Assembly (NCBI GenBank): GCA_043228905.1
Contig: JBHGNT010000033.1
Coordinates: forward strand, 124,001 to 188,000
Direction of reading: 5' to 3'
From: Azolla caroliniana
Taxonomy: Eukaryota > Plantae > Polypodiophyta
Length of the DNA: 64,000 nucleotides
Position numbers and translations under genes: made by a program. Positions 40,601 to 54,200 of the stretch are shown here, piece by piece; the stretch's first letter is position 1; every line of letters begins with the position of its first letter. The notes under the pieces were generated by a model. The model searched no databases, was not told the DNA's origin, and saw only the letters and a list, made by a program, of their open reading frames with translations.

Positions 40601-43600
40601 CTCGTGTGATATCAGATTTTTGTGTTCAAACATGAGTACTGAAGCTAACAATGCTAGATATGATATAGAATTAAAAAATCGAGATTTTGAAACTCAGGTC
40701 GAGAGACATGAAGAAATTAGCAAATTTGAGGAGGTACTTGAGAAGAGCCCGTGACTGAATTATAATGTTCATACCTGGCCGTTGTGATATCGGATTTTTG
40801 TGTTCAAACATGAGTACTGAAGCTAACAACGCTAACTATGATATAGAATTAATAAAATCGAGATTTTAAAACTCAGGTCGAAAGACATGAAGAAATTAGC
40901 AAATTTGAGGAGGGCCTTTAGAAGAGCCCGTGACTAAATTAAAATGTTGATACCTGGCTCGTGTGCTATCGGATTTTTGTGTTCAAACATGCGTATCCAA
41001 GCTAACAACGCTAGCTATGATATGGAATTAAAAAATCAAGTTTTTGAAACTCAGGTCGAGAGACATGAAGAAATTAGCAAATTTGAGGAGGTCCTTGAGA
41101 AGAGCTCGTGACGCAATTATAATGTCCATACTTGGCTTTTGTGCTATCGGATTTTTGTGTTCAAACATGCGTATCGAAGCACACCACGCTAGCTATGATA
41201 TAGAATTAAAAAATCGAGATTTTGAAACTCAGGTGGAGAGACATGAAGAAATTAGCAAACTTGAGGAGGTACTTGAGAAGAGCCCGTGAGTCAATTATAA
41301 TGTTCATACCTGGCTCGTGTGATATCGGATTTTTTTGTTCAAACATGCGTATCGAAGCTAATAACGCTAGCTATGATATACAATTAAAAAATCAAGTTTT
41401 TGAAACTCAGGTCGAGAGACATGAAGAAATTAGCAAATTTGAGGGGGTCCTTGAGAAGAGCTCGTGACTCAATTATAATGTTCATACCTGGCTTTTGTGC
41501 TATAGGATTTTTGTGTTCAAACATGCGTATCGAAGCTCACAACGCTAGCTATGATATAGAATTAAAAAATCGAGATTTTGTAACTGAGGTCGAGAGACAT
41601 GAAGAAATTAGCAAACTTGAGGAGGTACTTGAGAAGAGCCCGTGAGTCAATTATAATGTTCATACTTGGCTCGTGTGATATCGGATTTTTGTGTTCAAAC
41701 ATGCGTATCGAAGCTAACAACGCTAGTTATGATATAGAATTAAAAAATCTAGATTTTGAAACACAGGTCGAGAGACATGAAGAAATTAGCAAATTTGAGG
41801 AGGGGCTTTAGAAGAGCCCTTGAATAAATTAAAATGTTGATACCTGGCTCGTGTGCTATCGGATTTTTGTGTTCAAACATGCGTATCCAAGCTAACAACG
41901 CTAGCTATGATATGGAATTAAAAAATCGAGATTTTGAAACTCAGGTCGAGAGACATGAAGAAATTAGCAAATTTGAGGAGACATGAAGAAATTAGCAAAT
42001 TTGAGGAGGTACTTGAGAAGAGCCCGTGAGTGAATTATAATGTTCATACCTGGCTCGTGTGATTTCGGATTTTTGTGTTCAAACATGAGTACTGAAGCTA
42101 ACAATGCTAGCTATGATATAGAATTAAAAAATCGAGATTTTGAAACTCAGGTCGAGAGACATGAAGAAATTAGCAAATTTGAGGAGGTACTTGAGAAGAG
42201 CTCGTGAGTCAATTATAATGTTCATACTTGCCTCGTGTGATATCGGATTTTTGTGTTCAAATATGCGTATCGAAGCTAACAACGCTAGCGATGATATAGA
42301 ATTAAAAAATCAAGTTTTTGAAACTCAGGTCGAGAGACATGAAGAAATTAGCAAATTTGAGGAGGTATGAAGAAATTAGCAAATTTGAGGAGGTATCCAA
42401 GCTAACAACGCAAGCTATGATATGGAATTAAAAAATCGAGATTTTGAAACTCAGGTCGAGAGACATGAAGAAATTAGCAAATTTGAGGAGACATGAAGAA
42501 ATTAGCAAATTTGAGGAGGTACTTGAGAAGAGCCCGTGAGTGAATTATAATGTTCATACCTGGCTCGTGTGATATCAGATTTTTGTGTTCAAACATGAGT
42601 ACTGAAGCTAACAATGCTAGATATGATATAGAATTAAAAAATCGAGATTTTGAAACTCAGGTCGAGAGACATGAAGAAATTAGCAAATTTGAGGAGGTAC
42701 TTGAGAAGAGCCCGTGAGTGAATTATAATGTTCATACCTGGCCGTTGTGATATCGGATTTTTGTGTTCAAACATGAGTACTGAAGCTTACAACGCTAGCT
42801 ATGATATAGAATTAAAAAATCGAGATTTTAAAACTCAGGTCGAAAGACATGAAGAAATTAGCAAATTTGAGCAGGGACTTTAGAAGAGCCCGTGACTAAA
42901 TTAAAATGTTGATACCTGGCTCGTGTGCTATCGGATTTTTGTGTTCAAACATGCGTATCCAAGCTAACAACGCTAGCTATGATATGGAATTAAAAAATCA
43001 AGTTTTTGAAACTCAGGTCGAGAGACATGAAGAAATTAGCAAATTTGAGGAGGTCCTTGAGAAGAGCTCGTGACGCAATTATAATGTTCATACTTGGCTT
43101 TTGTGCTATCGGATTTTTGTGTTCAAACATGCGTATCGAAGCACACCACGCTAGCTATGATATAGAATTAAAAAATCGAGATTTTGAAACTCAGGTGGAG
43201 AGACATGAAGAAATTAGCAAACTTGAGGAGGTACTTGAGAAGAGCCCGTGAGTCAATTATAATGTTCATACCTGGCTCGTGTGATATCGAATTTTTTTGT
43301 TCAAACATGCGTATCGAAGCTAACAACGCTAGCTATGATATAGAATTAAAAAATCAAGTTTTTGAAACTCAGGTCGAGAGACATGAAGAAATTAGCAAAT
43401 TTGAGGAGGTCCTTGAGAAGAGCTCGTGAGTAAATTATAATGTTCATACCTGGCTTTTGTGCTATAGGATTTTTGTGTTCAAACATGCGTATCGAAGCTC
43501 ATAACGGTAGCTATGATATAGAATTAAAAAATCGAGATTTTGTAACTGAGGTCGAGAGACATGAAGAAATTAGCAAACTTGAGGAGGTACTTGAGAACAG

Positions 43601-46030
43601 CCCGTGAGTCAATTATAATGTTCATACTTGGCTCGTGTGATATCGGATTTTTGTGTTCAAACATGCGTATCGAAGCTAACATCGCTAGTTATGATATAGA
43701 ATTAAAAAATCTAGATTTTGAAACACAGGTCGAGAGACATGAAGAAATTAGCAAATTTGAGGAGGGGCTTTAGAAGAGGCCTTGAATAAATTAAAATGTT
43801 GATACCTGGCTCGTGTGCTATCGGATTTTTGTGTTCAAACATGCGTATCCAAGCTAACAACGCTAGCTATGATATGGAATTAAAAAATCGAGATTTTGAA
43901 ACTCAGGTCGAGAGACATGAAGAAATTAGCAAATATGAGGAGGTACTTGAGAAGAGCTCGTGAGTCAATTATAATGTTCATACTTGGCTTTTGTGCTATC
44001 GGATTTTTGTGTTCAAACATGCATATCGAAGCTCACAACGCTAGCTATGATATAGAATTAAAAAATCGAGATTTTGAAACTCAGGTCGAGAGACATGAAG
44101 AAATTAGCAAATTTGAGGAGGTACTTGAGAAGAGCTCGTGACGCAATTATAATGTCCATACTTGGCTTTTGTGCTATCGGATTTTTGTGTTCAAACATGC
44201 GTATCGAAGCACACCACGCTAGCTATGATATAGAATTAAAAAATCGAGATTTTGAAACTCAGGTGGAGAGACATGAAGAAATTAGCAAACTTGAGGAGGT
44301 ACTTGAGAAGAGCCCGTGAGTCAATTATAATGTTCATACCTGGCTCGTGTGATATCGGATTTTTGTGTTCAAACATGCGTATCGAAGCTAACAACGCTAG
44401 CGATGATATAGAATTAAAAAATCAAGTTTTTGAAACTCAGGTCGAGAGACATGAAGAAATTAGCAAATTTGAGGAGGTATGAAGAAATTAGCAAATTTGA
44501 GGAGGTATCCAAGCTAACAACGCTAGCTATGATATGGAATTAAAAAGTCAAGATTTTGAAACTCAGGTCGAGAGACATGAAGAAATTAGCAAATTTGAGG
44601 AGACATGAAGAAATTAGCAAATTTGAGGAGGTACTTGAGAAGAGCCCGTGAGTGAATTATAATGTTCATACCTGGCTCGTGTGATATCAGATTTTTGTGT
44701 TCAAACATGAGTACTGAAGCTAACAATGCTAGATATGATATAGAATTAAAAAATCGAGATTTTGAAACTCAGGTCGAGAGACATGAAGAAATTAGCAAAT
44801 TTGAGGAGGTACTTGAGAAGAGCCCGTGAGTGAATTATAATGTTCATACCTGGCCGTTGTGATATCGGATTTTTGTGTTCAAACATGAGTACTGAAGCTT
44901 ACAACGCTAGCTATGATATAGAATTAAAAAATCGAGATTTTAAAACTCAGGTCGAAAGACATGAAGAAATTAGCAAATTTGAGCAGGGACTTTAGAAGAG
45001 CCCGTGACTAAATTAAAATGTTGATACCTGGCTCGTGTGCTATCGGATTTTTGTGTTCAAACATGCGTATCCAAGCTAACAACGCTAGCTATGATATGGA
45101 ATTAAAAAATCAAGTTTTTGAAACTCAGGTCGAGAGACATGAAGAAATTAGCAAATTTGAGGAGGTCCTTGAGAAGAGCTCGTGACGCAATTATAATGTT
45201 CATACTTGGCTTTTGTGCTATCGGATTTTTGTGTTCAAACATGCGTATCGAAGCACACCACGCTAGCTATGATATAGAATTAAAAAATCGAGATTTTGAA
45301 ACTCAGGTGGAGAGACATGAAGAAATTAGCAAACTTGAGGAGGTACTTGAGAAGAGCCCGTGAGTCAATTATAATGTTCATACCTGGCTCGTGTGATATC
45401 GGATTTTTGTGTTCAAACATGCGTATCGAAGCTAACAACGCTAGCTATAATATAGAATTAAAAAATCAATTTTTTGTAACTCAGGTCGAGAGACATGAAG
45501 AAATTAGCAAATTTGAGGGGGTCCTTGAGAAGAGCTCGTGAGTCAATTATAATGTTCATACCTGGCTTTTGTGCTATACAATTTTTGTGTTCAAACATGC
45601 GTATCGAAGCTCACAACGCTAGCTATGATATAGAATTAAAAAATCGAGATTTTGAAACTGAGGTCGAGAGACATGAAGAAATTAGCAAACTTGAGGAGGT
45701 ACTTGAGAAGAGCCCGTGAGTCAATTATAATGTTCATACTTGGCTCGTGTGATATCGGATTTTTGTGTTCCAACATGCGTATCGAAGCTAACAACGCTAG
45801 TTATGATATAGAATTAAAAAATCTAGATTTTGAAACACAGGTCGAGAGACATGAAGAAATTAGCAAATTTGAGGAGGGACTTTAGAAGAGCCCTTGAATA
45901 AATTAAAATGTTGATACCTGGCTCGTGTGCTATCGGATTTTTGTGTTCAAACATGCGTATCCAAGCTAACAACGCTAGCTATGATATGGAATTAAAAAAT
46001 CGAGATTTTGAAACTCAGGTCGAGAGACAT
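40170..46030. repeat. 11- and 12-monomer HOR variants, periods 1962-1963 and 2112 bp
   Basis: Matching ORFs lie at 40177/42140 (1963), 41044/43006 and 41599/43561 (1962), and 43006/45118 and 43184/45296 (2112 = 12x178 -52 +28). Confidence 0.82.
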
Positions 46031-47829
46031 GAAGAAATTAGCAAATTTGAGGAGACATGAAGAAATTAGCAAATTTGAGGAGGTACTTGAGAAGAGCCCG
46101 TGAGTGAATTATAATGTTCATACCTGGCTCGTGTGATATCGGATTTTTGTGTTCAAACATGAGTACTGAAGCTAACAATGCTAGCTATGATATAGAATTA
46201 AAAAATCGAGATTTTGAAACTCAGGTCGAGAGACATGAAGAAATTAGCAAATTTGAGGAGGTACTTGAGAAGAGCCCGTGAGTGAATTATAATGTTCATA
46301 CCTGGCCGTTGTGATATCGGATTTATGTGTTCAAACATGAGTACTGAAGCTAACAACGCTAGCTATGATATAGAATTAAAAACTCGAGATTTTAAAACTC
46401 AGGTCGAAAGACATGAAGAAATTAGCAAATATGAGGAGGTACTTGAGAAGAGCTTCTGAGTCAATTATAATGTTCATACCTGGCTCGTGTGCTATCGGAT
46501 TTTTGTGTTCAAACATGCATATCGAAGCTAACAACGCTAGCTATGATATAGAATTAAAAAATCGAGATTTTAAAACTCAGGTCGAAAGACATGAAGAAAT
46601 TAGCAAATATGAGGAGGTACTTGAGAAGAGCTCGTGAGTCAATTATAATGTTCATACCTGGCTCGTGTGCTATCGGATTTTTGTGTTCAAACATGCATAT
46701 CGAAGCTAACAACGCTAGCTATGATATAGAATTACAAGATCGAGATTTTGAAACTCAGGTCGAGAGACATGAAGAAATTAGCAAATTTGAGGAGGTACTT
46801 GAGAAGAGCTCGTGAGTCAATTATAATGTTCATACTTGCCTCGTGTGATATCGGATTTTTGTGTTCAAATATGCGTATCGAAGCTAACAACGCTAGTGAT
46901 GATATAGAATTAAAAAATCAAGTTTTCGAAACTCAGGTCGAGAGACATGAAGAAATTAGCAAATTTGAGGAGGTATGAAGAAATTAGCAAATTTGAGGAG
47001 GTATGAAGAAATAAGCAAATTTGAGGAGGTATCCAAGCTAACAACGCTAGCTATGATATGGAATTAAAAAATCAAGATTTCGAAACTCAGGTCCAGAGAC
47101 ATGAAGAAATTAACCAATTTGAGGAGGTACTTGAGAAGAGACCGTGAGTCAATTATAATGTTCATACCTGGCTCGTGTGATATCGGATTTTTGTGTTCAA
47201 CCATGCGTATGGAAGCTAACAACGCTAGCTATGATATAGAATTAAAAAATCGAGATTTTGAAAATCAGGTCCAGAGACATGAAGAAATTTGCAAATTTAA
47301 GGAGGGACTTTAGAAGAGCCCGTGACTAAATTAAAATGTTCATACCTGGATCGTGTGATATCGGATTTTTGTGTTCAAACATGCGTATCAAAGCTAACAA
47401 CGCTAGATATGATATTGAATTAAAAAATCAGATTTCGAAATTCAGGTCCAGAGACATGAAGAAATTAGCAAATTTGAGGAGGTCCTTGAGAAGAGCCCGT
47501 GAGTCAATTATAATGTTCATACCTGGCTCGTGTGATATCGGATTTTTGTGTTAAAACATGAGTACTGAAGCTAACAACGCTAGTTATGATATAGAATTAA
47601 AAAATCGAGATTTTGAAACTCAGGTCGAGAGACATGAAGAAATTAGCAAACTTGAGGAGGTACTTGAGAAGAGCTCGTGAGTCAATTATAATGTTCATAC
47701 CTGGCTCGTGTGATATCGGATTTTTGTATTCAAACATGCGTATCGAAGCAAACAACGCTAGCTATGATATAGAATTAAAAAATCAAGATTTTGAAACTCA
47801 GGTCGAGAGACATGAAGAAATTAGCAAAT

Positions 47830-48720
47830 TTGAGGAGGGATTTTAGAAGAGCCCGTGACTAAATTGAAATGTTCATACCTGGCTCGTGTGATATCGGATT
47901 TTTGTGTTCAAACATGCAGATCGAAGCTAACAACGCTAGTTATGATATTGAATTAAAAAATCAAGATTTTGAAACTCAGGTTGAGAGACATGAAGAAATT
48001 AGCAAACTTGAGGAGGTACTTGAGAAGAGCTCGTGAGTCAATTATAATGTTCATACCTGGCTCGTGTGATATCGGATTTTTGTGTTCAAACATGCGTATC
48101 GAAGCAAACAACGCTAGCGATGATGTAGAATTAAAAAAACGAGATTTTGAAACTCAGGTCCAGAGACATGAAGAAATTAGCAAATTGAGGAGGGATTTTA
48201 GAAGAGCCCGTGACTAAATTGAAATGTTCATACCTGGCTCGTGTGATATCGGATTTTTGTGTTCAAACATGCGTATCGAGGCTAACAACGCTAGTTATGA
48301 TATTGAATTAAAAAATCAAGATTTTGAAACTCAGGTTGAGAGATATGAAGAAATTAGCAAACTTGAGGAGGTACTTGAGAAGAGCTCGTGAGTCAATTAT
48401 AATGTTCATACCTGGCTCGTGTGATATCGGATTTTTGTGTTCAAACATGCGTATCGAAACAAACAACGCTAGCGATGATGTAGAATTAAAAAAACGAGAT
48501 TTTGAAACTCAGGTCCAGAGACATGAAGAAATTAGCAAATTGAGGAGGGATTTTAGAAGAGCCCGTGACTAAATTGAAATGTTCATACCTGGCTCGTGTG
48601 ATATCGGATTTTTGTGTTCAAACATGCGTATCGAGGCTAACAACGCTAGTTATGATATTGAATTAAAAAATCAAGATTTTGAAACTCAGGTTGAGAGATA
48701 TGAAGAAATTAGCAAATTTG
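47830..48720. repeat. Dimeric 355-bp repeat (178+177), about 2.5 copies, in the B/C transition zone
   Basis: Matching ORFs lie at 47969/48324/48679. Shared private variants are CAGGTTGAG, GATGATGTAG, CAAATTGAGG (1-bp deletion) and TAAATTGAAATG. Confidence 0.9.
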
Positions 48721-50199
48721 AGGAGGTACTTGAGAAGAGCCCGTGAGCCAATTATAATGTTCATACCTGGCTCGTGTGATATCGGATTTTTGTGTTCAAA
48801 CATGCGTATCGAAGCTAACAATGCTAGCTATGATATAGAATTAAAAAATCGAGATTTTGAACCTCAGGTCGAGAGACATGAAGAAATTAGCAAACTTGAG
48901 GAGGTACTTGAGAAGAGCTCGTGAGTCAATTATAATGTTCATACCTGGCTCGTGTGATATCGGATTTTTGTGTTCAAACATGCGTATCGAAGCAAACAAC
49001 GCTAGCTATGATATAGAATTAAAAAATTAAGATTTTGAAACTCAGGTCGAGAGACATGAAGAAATTAGCAAATTTGAGGAGGGATTTTAGAAGAGCCCGT
49101 GAGTCAATTAAAATGTTCATACCTGGCTCGTGTGATATCGGATTTTTGTGTTCAAACATGCGTATCGAAGCAAACAACGCTAGCTATGATATAGAATTAA
49201 AAAATCAAGATTTTGAAACTCAGGTCGAGAGACATGAAGAAATTAGCAAATTTGAGGAGGGATTTTAGAAGAGCCCGTGAGTCAATTATAATGTTCATAC
49301 CTGGGTCGTGTGATATCGGATTTTTGTGTTCAAACATGAGTACTGAAGCTAACAATGCTAGCTATGATATAGAATTAAAAACTTGAGATTTTGAAACTCA
49401 GGTCGAGAGACATGAAGAAATTAGCAAATTTGAGGAGGTATGAAGAAATTAGCAAATTTGAGGAGGTATGAAGAAATTAGCAAATTTGAGGAGGTATCCA
49501 AGCTAACAACGCTAGCCCGTGAGTCAATTAAAATGTTCATACCTGACTTGTGTGATATCGGATTTTTGTGTTCAAACATGCGTATCGAAGCTAACAACGC
49601 TAGCTATGATCTAGAATTAAAAAATGAAGATTTTGAAAGTCAGGACGACAGACATGAAAAATTAGCAAATTTGAGGAGGTACTTGAGAAGAGCTCGTGAC
49701 TAGATTAAAATGTTCATACCTGGCTCGTGTGATATCGAATTTTTGTGTTCAAACATGTGTATCGAAGCGAACAACGCTAGCTATGATATAGAATTAAAAA
49801 ATCAAGATTTTGAAACTCAGGTCGAGAACCATGAAGAAATTAGCAAATTTGAGGAGGTACTTGAGAAGAGCGCGTGAGTCAATTAAAATGTTCATACCTG
49901 GCTCGTGTGATATCGGATTTTTGTGTTCAAACATGCGTATCGAAGCTAACAACGCTAGCTATGATATAGAATTAAAAAATCTAGATTTTGATACTCAGGT
50001 CGAGAGACATGAAGAAATTAGCAAATTTGAGGAGGGACTTGAGAAGAGCGCGTGAGTCAATTAAAATGTTCATACCTGGCTCGTGTGCTATCGTATTTTT
50101 GTGTTCAAACATGCGTATCGAAGCTAACAACGCTAGCTATGATATAGATTTAAAAAATCGAGATTCTGAAACTCAGGTCGAGAGACATGAAGAAATTAG

Positions 50200-53100
50200 C
50201 AAATTTGAGGAGGGACTTGAGAAGAGCGCGTGAGTCAATTACAATGTTCATACCTGGCTCGTGTGATATCGGATTTTTGTGTTCAAACATGCGTATCGAA
50301 GCTAACAACGCTAGCTATGATATAGAATTAAAAAATGAAGATTTTGAAACTCAGGTCGAGAGACATGAAGAAATTAGCAAATTTGAGGAGGGACTTTAGA
50401 AGAGCTCGTGACTAGATTAAAATGTTCATACCTGGCTCGTGTGCTATCGGATTTTTGTGTTCAAACATGCGTATCGAAGCTAACAACGCTAGCTATGATA
50501 TAGAATTAAAAAATCGAGATTCTGAAACTCAGGTCGAGAGACATGAAGAAATTAGAAAATTTGAGGAGGTACTTGAGAAGAGCGCGTGAGTCAATTAAAA
50601 TGTTCATACCTGGCTCGTGTGCTATCGGATTTTTGTGTTCAAACATGCGTATCGAAGCTAACAACGCTAGCTATGATATAGATTTAAAAAATCGAGATTC
50701 TGAAACTCAGGTCGAGAACCATGAAGAAATTAGCAAATTTGAGGAGGTACTTGAGAAGAGCGTGTGAGTCAATTAAAATGTTCATACCTGGCTCGTGTGA
50801 TATCGGATTTTTGTGTTCAAACATGCGTATCGAAGCTAACAACGCTAGCTATGATCTAGAATTAAAAAATGAAGATTTTGAAAGTCAGGCCGACAGACAT
50901 GAAGAAATTAGCAAATTTGAGGAGGGACTTTAGAAGAGCTCGTGACTAAATTAAAATGTTCATTCCTGGATCGTGTGCTATCAGATTTTTGTGTTCAAAC
51001 ATGCGTATCGAAGCTAACAACGCTAGCTATGATATAGATTTAAAAAATCAAGATTTTGAAACTCAGGCCGAGAGACATGAAGAAATTAGCCAATTTGAGG
51101 AGGGACTTGAGAAGAGCGCATGAGTCAATTAAAATGTTCATACCTGGCTCGTGTGATATCGTATTTTCGTGTTCAAACATGCGTATCGAAGCTAACAACA
51201 CTAGCTATGATATCGAATTAAAAAATCGGGATTCTGAAACTCAGGTCGAGAGACATGAAGAAATTAGAAAATTTGAGGAGGTACTTGAGAAGAGCGTGTG
51301 AGTCAATTAAAATGTTCATACCGGTGTCGTGTGATATCGGATTTTTGTGTTCAAACATGCGTATCGAAGCTAACAACGCTAGCTATGATATAGAATTAAA
51401 AAATCAAGATTTTGAAACTCAGGTCGAGAACCATGAAGAAATTAGCAAATTTGAGGAGGGACTTGAGAAGAGCGCGTGAGTCAATTAAAATGTTCATACC
51501 TGTGTCGTGTGATATCGGATTTTTGTGTTCAAACATGCGTATCGAAGCTAACAACGCTAGCTATGATATAGAATTAAAAAATCAAGATTTTGAAACTCAG
51601 GTCGAGAGACATGAAGAAATTAGCAAATTTGAGGAGGGACTTGAGAAGAGCGCGTGAGTCAATTACAATGTTCATACCTGGCTCGTGTGATATCGGATTT
51701 TTGTGTTCAAACATGCGTATCGAAGCTAACAACGCTAGCTATGATATAGAATTAAAAAATGAAGATTTTGAAACTCAGGTCGAGAGACATGAAGAAATTA
51801 GCAAATTTGAGGAGGGACTTTAGAAGAGCTCGTGACTAGATTAAAATGTTCATACCTGGCTCGTGTGCTATCGGATTTTTGTGTTCAAACATGCGTATCG
51901 AAGCTAACAACGCTAGCTATGATATAGATTTAAAAAATCGAGATTCTGAAACTCAGGTCGAGAGACATGAAGAAATTAGAAAATTTGAGGAGGTACTTGA
52001 GAAGAGTGCGTGAGTCAATTAAAATGTTCATACCTGGCTCGTGTGCTATCGGATTTTTGTGTTCAAACATGCGTATCGAAGCTAACAACGCTAGCTATGA
52101 TATAGATTTAAAAAATCGAGATTCTGAAACTCAGGTCGAGAACCATGAAGAAATTAGCAAATTTGAGGAGGTACTTGAGAAGAGCGTGTGAGTCAATTAA
52201 AATGTTCATACCTGGCTCGTGTGATATCGGATTTTTGTGTTCAAACATGCGTATCGAAGCTAACAACGCTAGCTATGATCTAGAATTAAAAAATGAAGAT
52301 TTTGAAAGTCAGGCCGACAGACATGAAGAAATTAGCAAATTTGAGGAGGGACTTTAGAAGAGCTCGTGACTAAATTAAAATGTTCATTCCTGGATCGTGT
52401 GCTATCAGATTTTTGTGTTCAAACATGCGTATCGAAGCTAACAACGCTAGCTATGATATAGATTTAAAAAATCGAAATTCTGAAACTTAGGTCGAGAGAC
52501 ATGAAGAAATTAGAAAATTTGAGGAGGTACTTGAGAAGAGCGAGTGAGTCAATTAAAATGTTCATACCTGGCTCGTGTGATATCGGATTTTTGTGTTCAA
52601 ACATGCGTATCGAAGCTAACAACGCTAGCTATGATATAGAATTAAAAAATGAAGATTTTGAAACTCAGGCCGAGAGACATGAAGAAATTAGCCAATTTGA
52701 GGAGGGACTTGAGAAGAGCGCATGAGTCAATTAAAATGTTCATACCTGGCTCGTGTGATATCGTATTTTCGTGTTCAAACATGCGTATCGAAGCTAACAA
52801 CACTAGCTATGATATCGAATTAAAAAATCGGGATTCTGAAACTCAGGTCGAGAGACATGAAGAAATTAGAAAATTTGAGGAGGTACTTGAGAAGAGCGTG
52901 TGAGTCAATTAAAATGTTCATACCGGTGTCGTGTGATATCGGATTTTTGTGTTCAAACATGCGTATCGAAGCTAACAACGCTAGCTATGATATAGAATTA
53001 AAAAATCAAGATTTTGAAACTCAGGTCGAGAACCATGAAGAAATTAGCAAATTTGAGGAGGGACTTGAGAAGAGCGCGTGAGTCAATTAAAATGTTCATA

Positions 53101-54200
53101 CCTGTGTCGTGTGAGATCGGATTTTTGTGTTCAAACATGCGTATCGAAGCTAACAACGCTAGCTATGATATAGAATTAAAAAATCAAGATTTTGAAACTC
53201 AGGTCGAGAGACATGAAGAAATTAGCAAATTTGAGGAGGGACTTTAGAAGAGCGCGTGAGTCAATTACAATGTTCATACCTGGCTCGTGTGATATCGGAT
53301 TTTTGTGTTCAAACATGCGTATCGAAGCTAACAACGCTAGCTATGATATAGAATAAAAAAATGAAGATTTTGAAACTCAGGTCGAGAGACATGAAGAAAT
53401 TAGCAAATTTGAGGAGGGACTTTAGAAGAGCTCGTGACTAGATTAAAATGTTCATACCTGGCTCGTGTGCTATCGGATTTTTGTGTTCAAACATGCGTAT
53501 CGAAGCTAACAACGCTAGCTATGATATAGATTTAAAAAATCGAGATTCTGAAACTCAGGTCGAGAGACATGAAGAAATTAGAAAATTTGAGGAGGTACTT
53601 GAGAAGAGCGCGTGAGTCAATTAAAATGTTCATACCTGGCTCGTGTGCTATCGGATTTTTGTGTTCAAACATGCGTATCGAAGCTATCAACGCTAGCTAT
53701 GATATAGATTTAAAAAATCGAGATTCTGAAACTCAGGTCGAGAACCATGAAGAAATTAGCAAATTTGAGGAGGTACTTGAGAAGAGCGTGTGAGTCAATT
53801 AAAATGTTCATACCTGGCTCGTGTGATATCGGATTTTTGTGTTCAAACATGCGTATCGAAGCTAACAACGCTAGCTATGATCTAGAATTAAAAAATGAAG
53901 ATTTTGAAAGTCAGGCCGACAGACATGAAGAAATTAGCAAATTTGAGGAGGGACTTTAGAAGAGCTCGTGACTAAATTAAAATGTTCATTCCTGGATCGT
54001 GTGCTATCAGATTTTTGTGTTCAAACATGCGTATCGAAGCTAACAACGCTAGCTATGATATAGATTTAAAAAATCGAAATTCTGAAACTCAGGTCGAGAG
54101 ACATGAAGAAATTAGAAAATTTGAGGAGGTACTTGAGAAGAGCGAGTGAGTCAATTAAAATGTTCATACCTGGCTCGTGTGATATCGGATTTTTGTGTTC
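50200..54200. repeat. 8-/9-monomer HOR, periods 1424 and 1602 bp
   Basis: Matching ORFs lie at 50543/51967 and 50721/52145 (1424 = 8x178), and at 51967/53569, 52145/53747, 52501/54103 and 51255/52857 (1602 = 9x178). Confidence 0.88.

Larger units (their letters stand above)
30520..47030. repeat. Satellite domain B (10- to 12-monomer HORs)
   Basis: Diagnostic variants are GGTCCTTGAG, GGCTTTTGTG, CAGGTGGAG, AAGCACACCAC, TTTGTAACTGAGG and CCCTTGAATAAA, with frequent 126-bp rearranged monomers. Confidence 0.85.
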
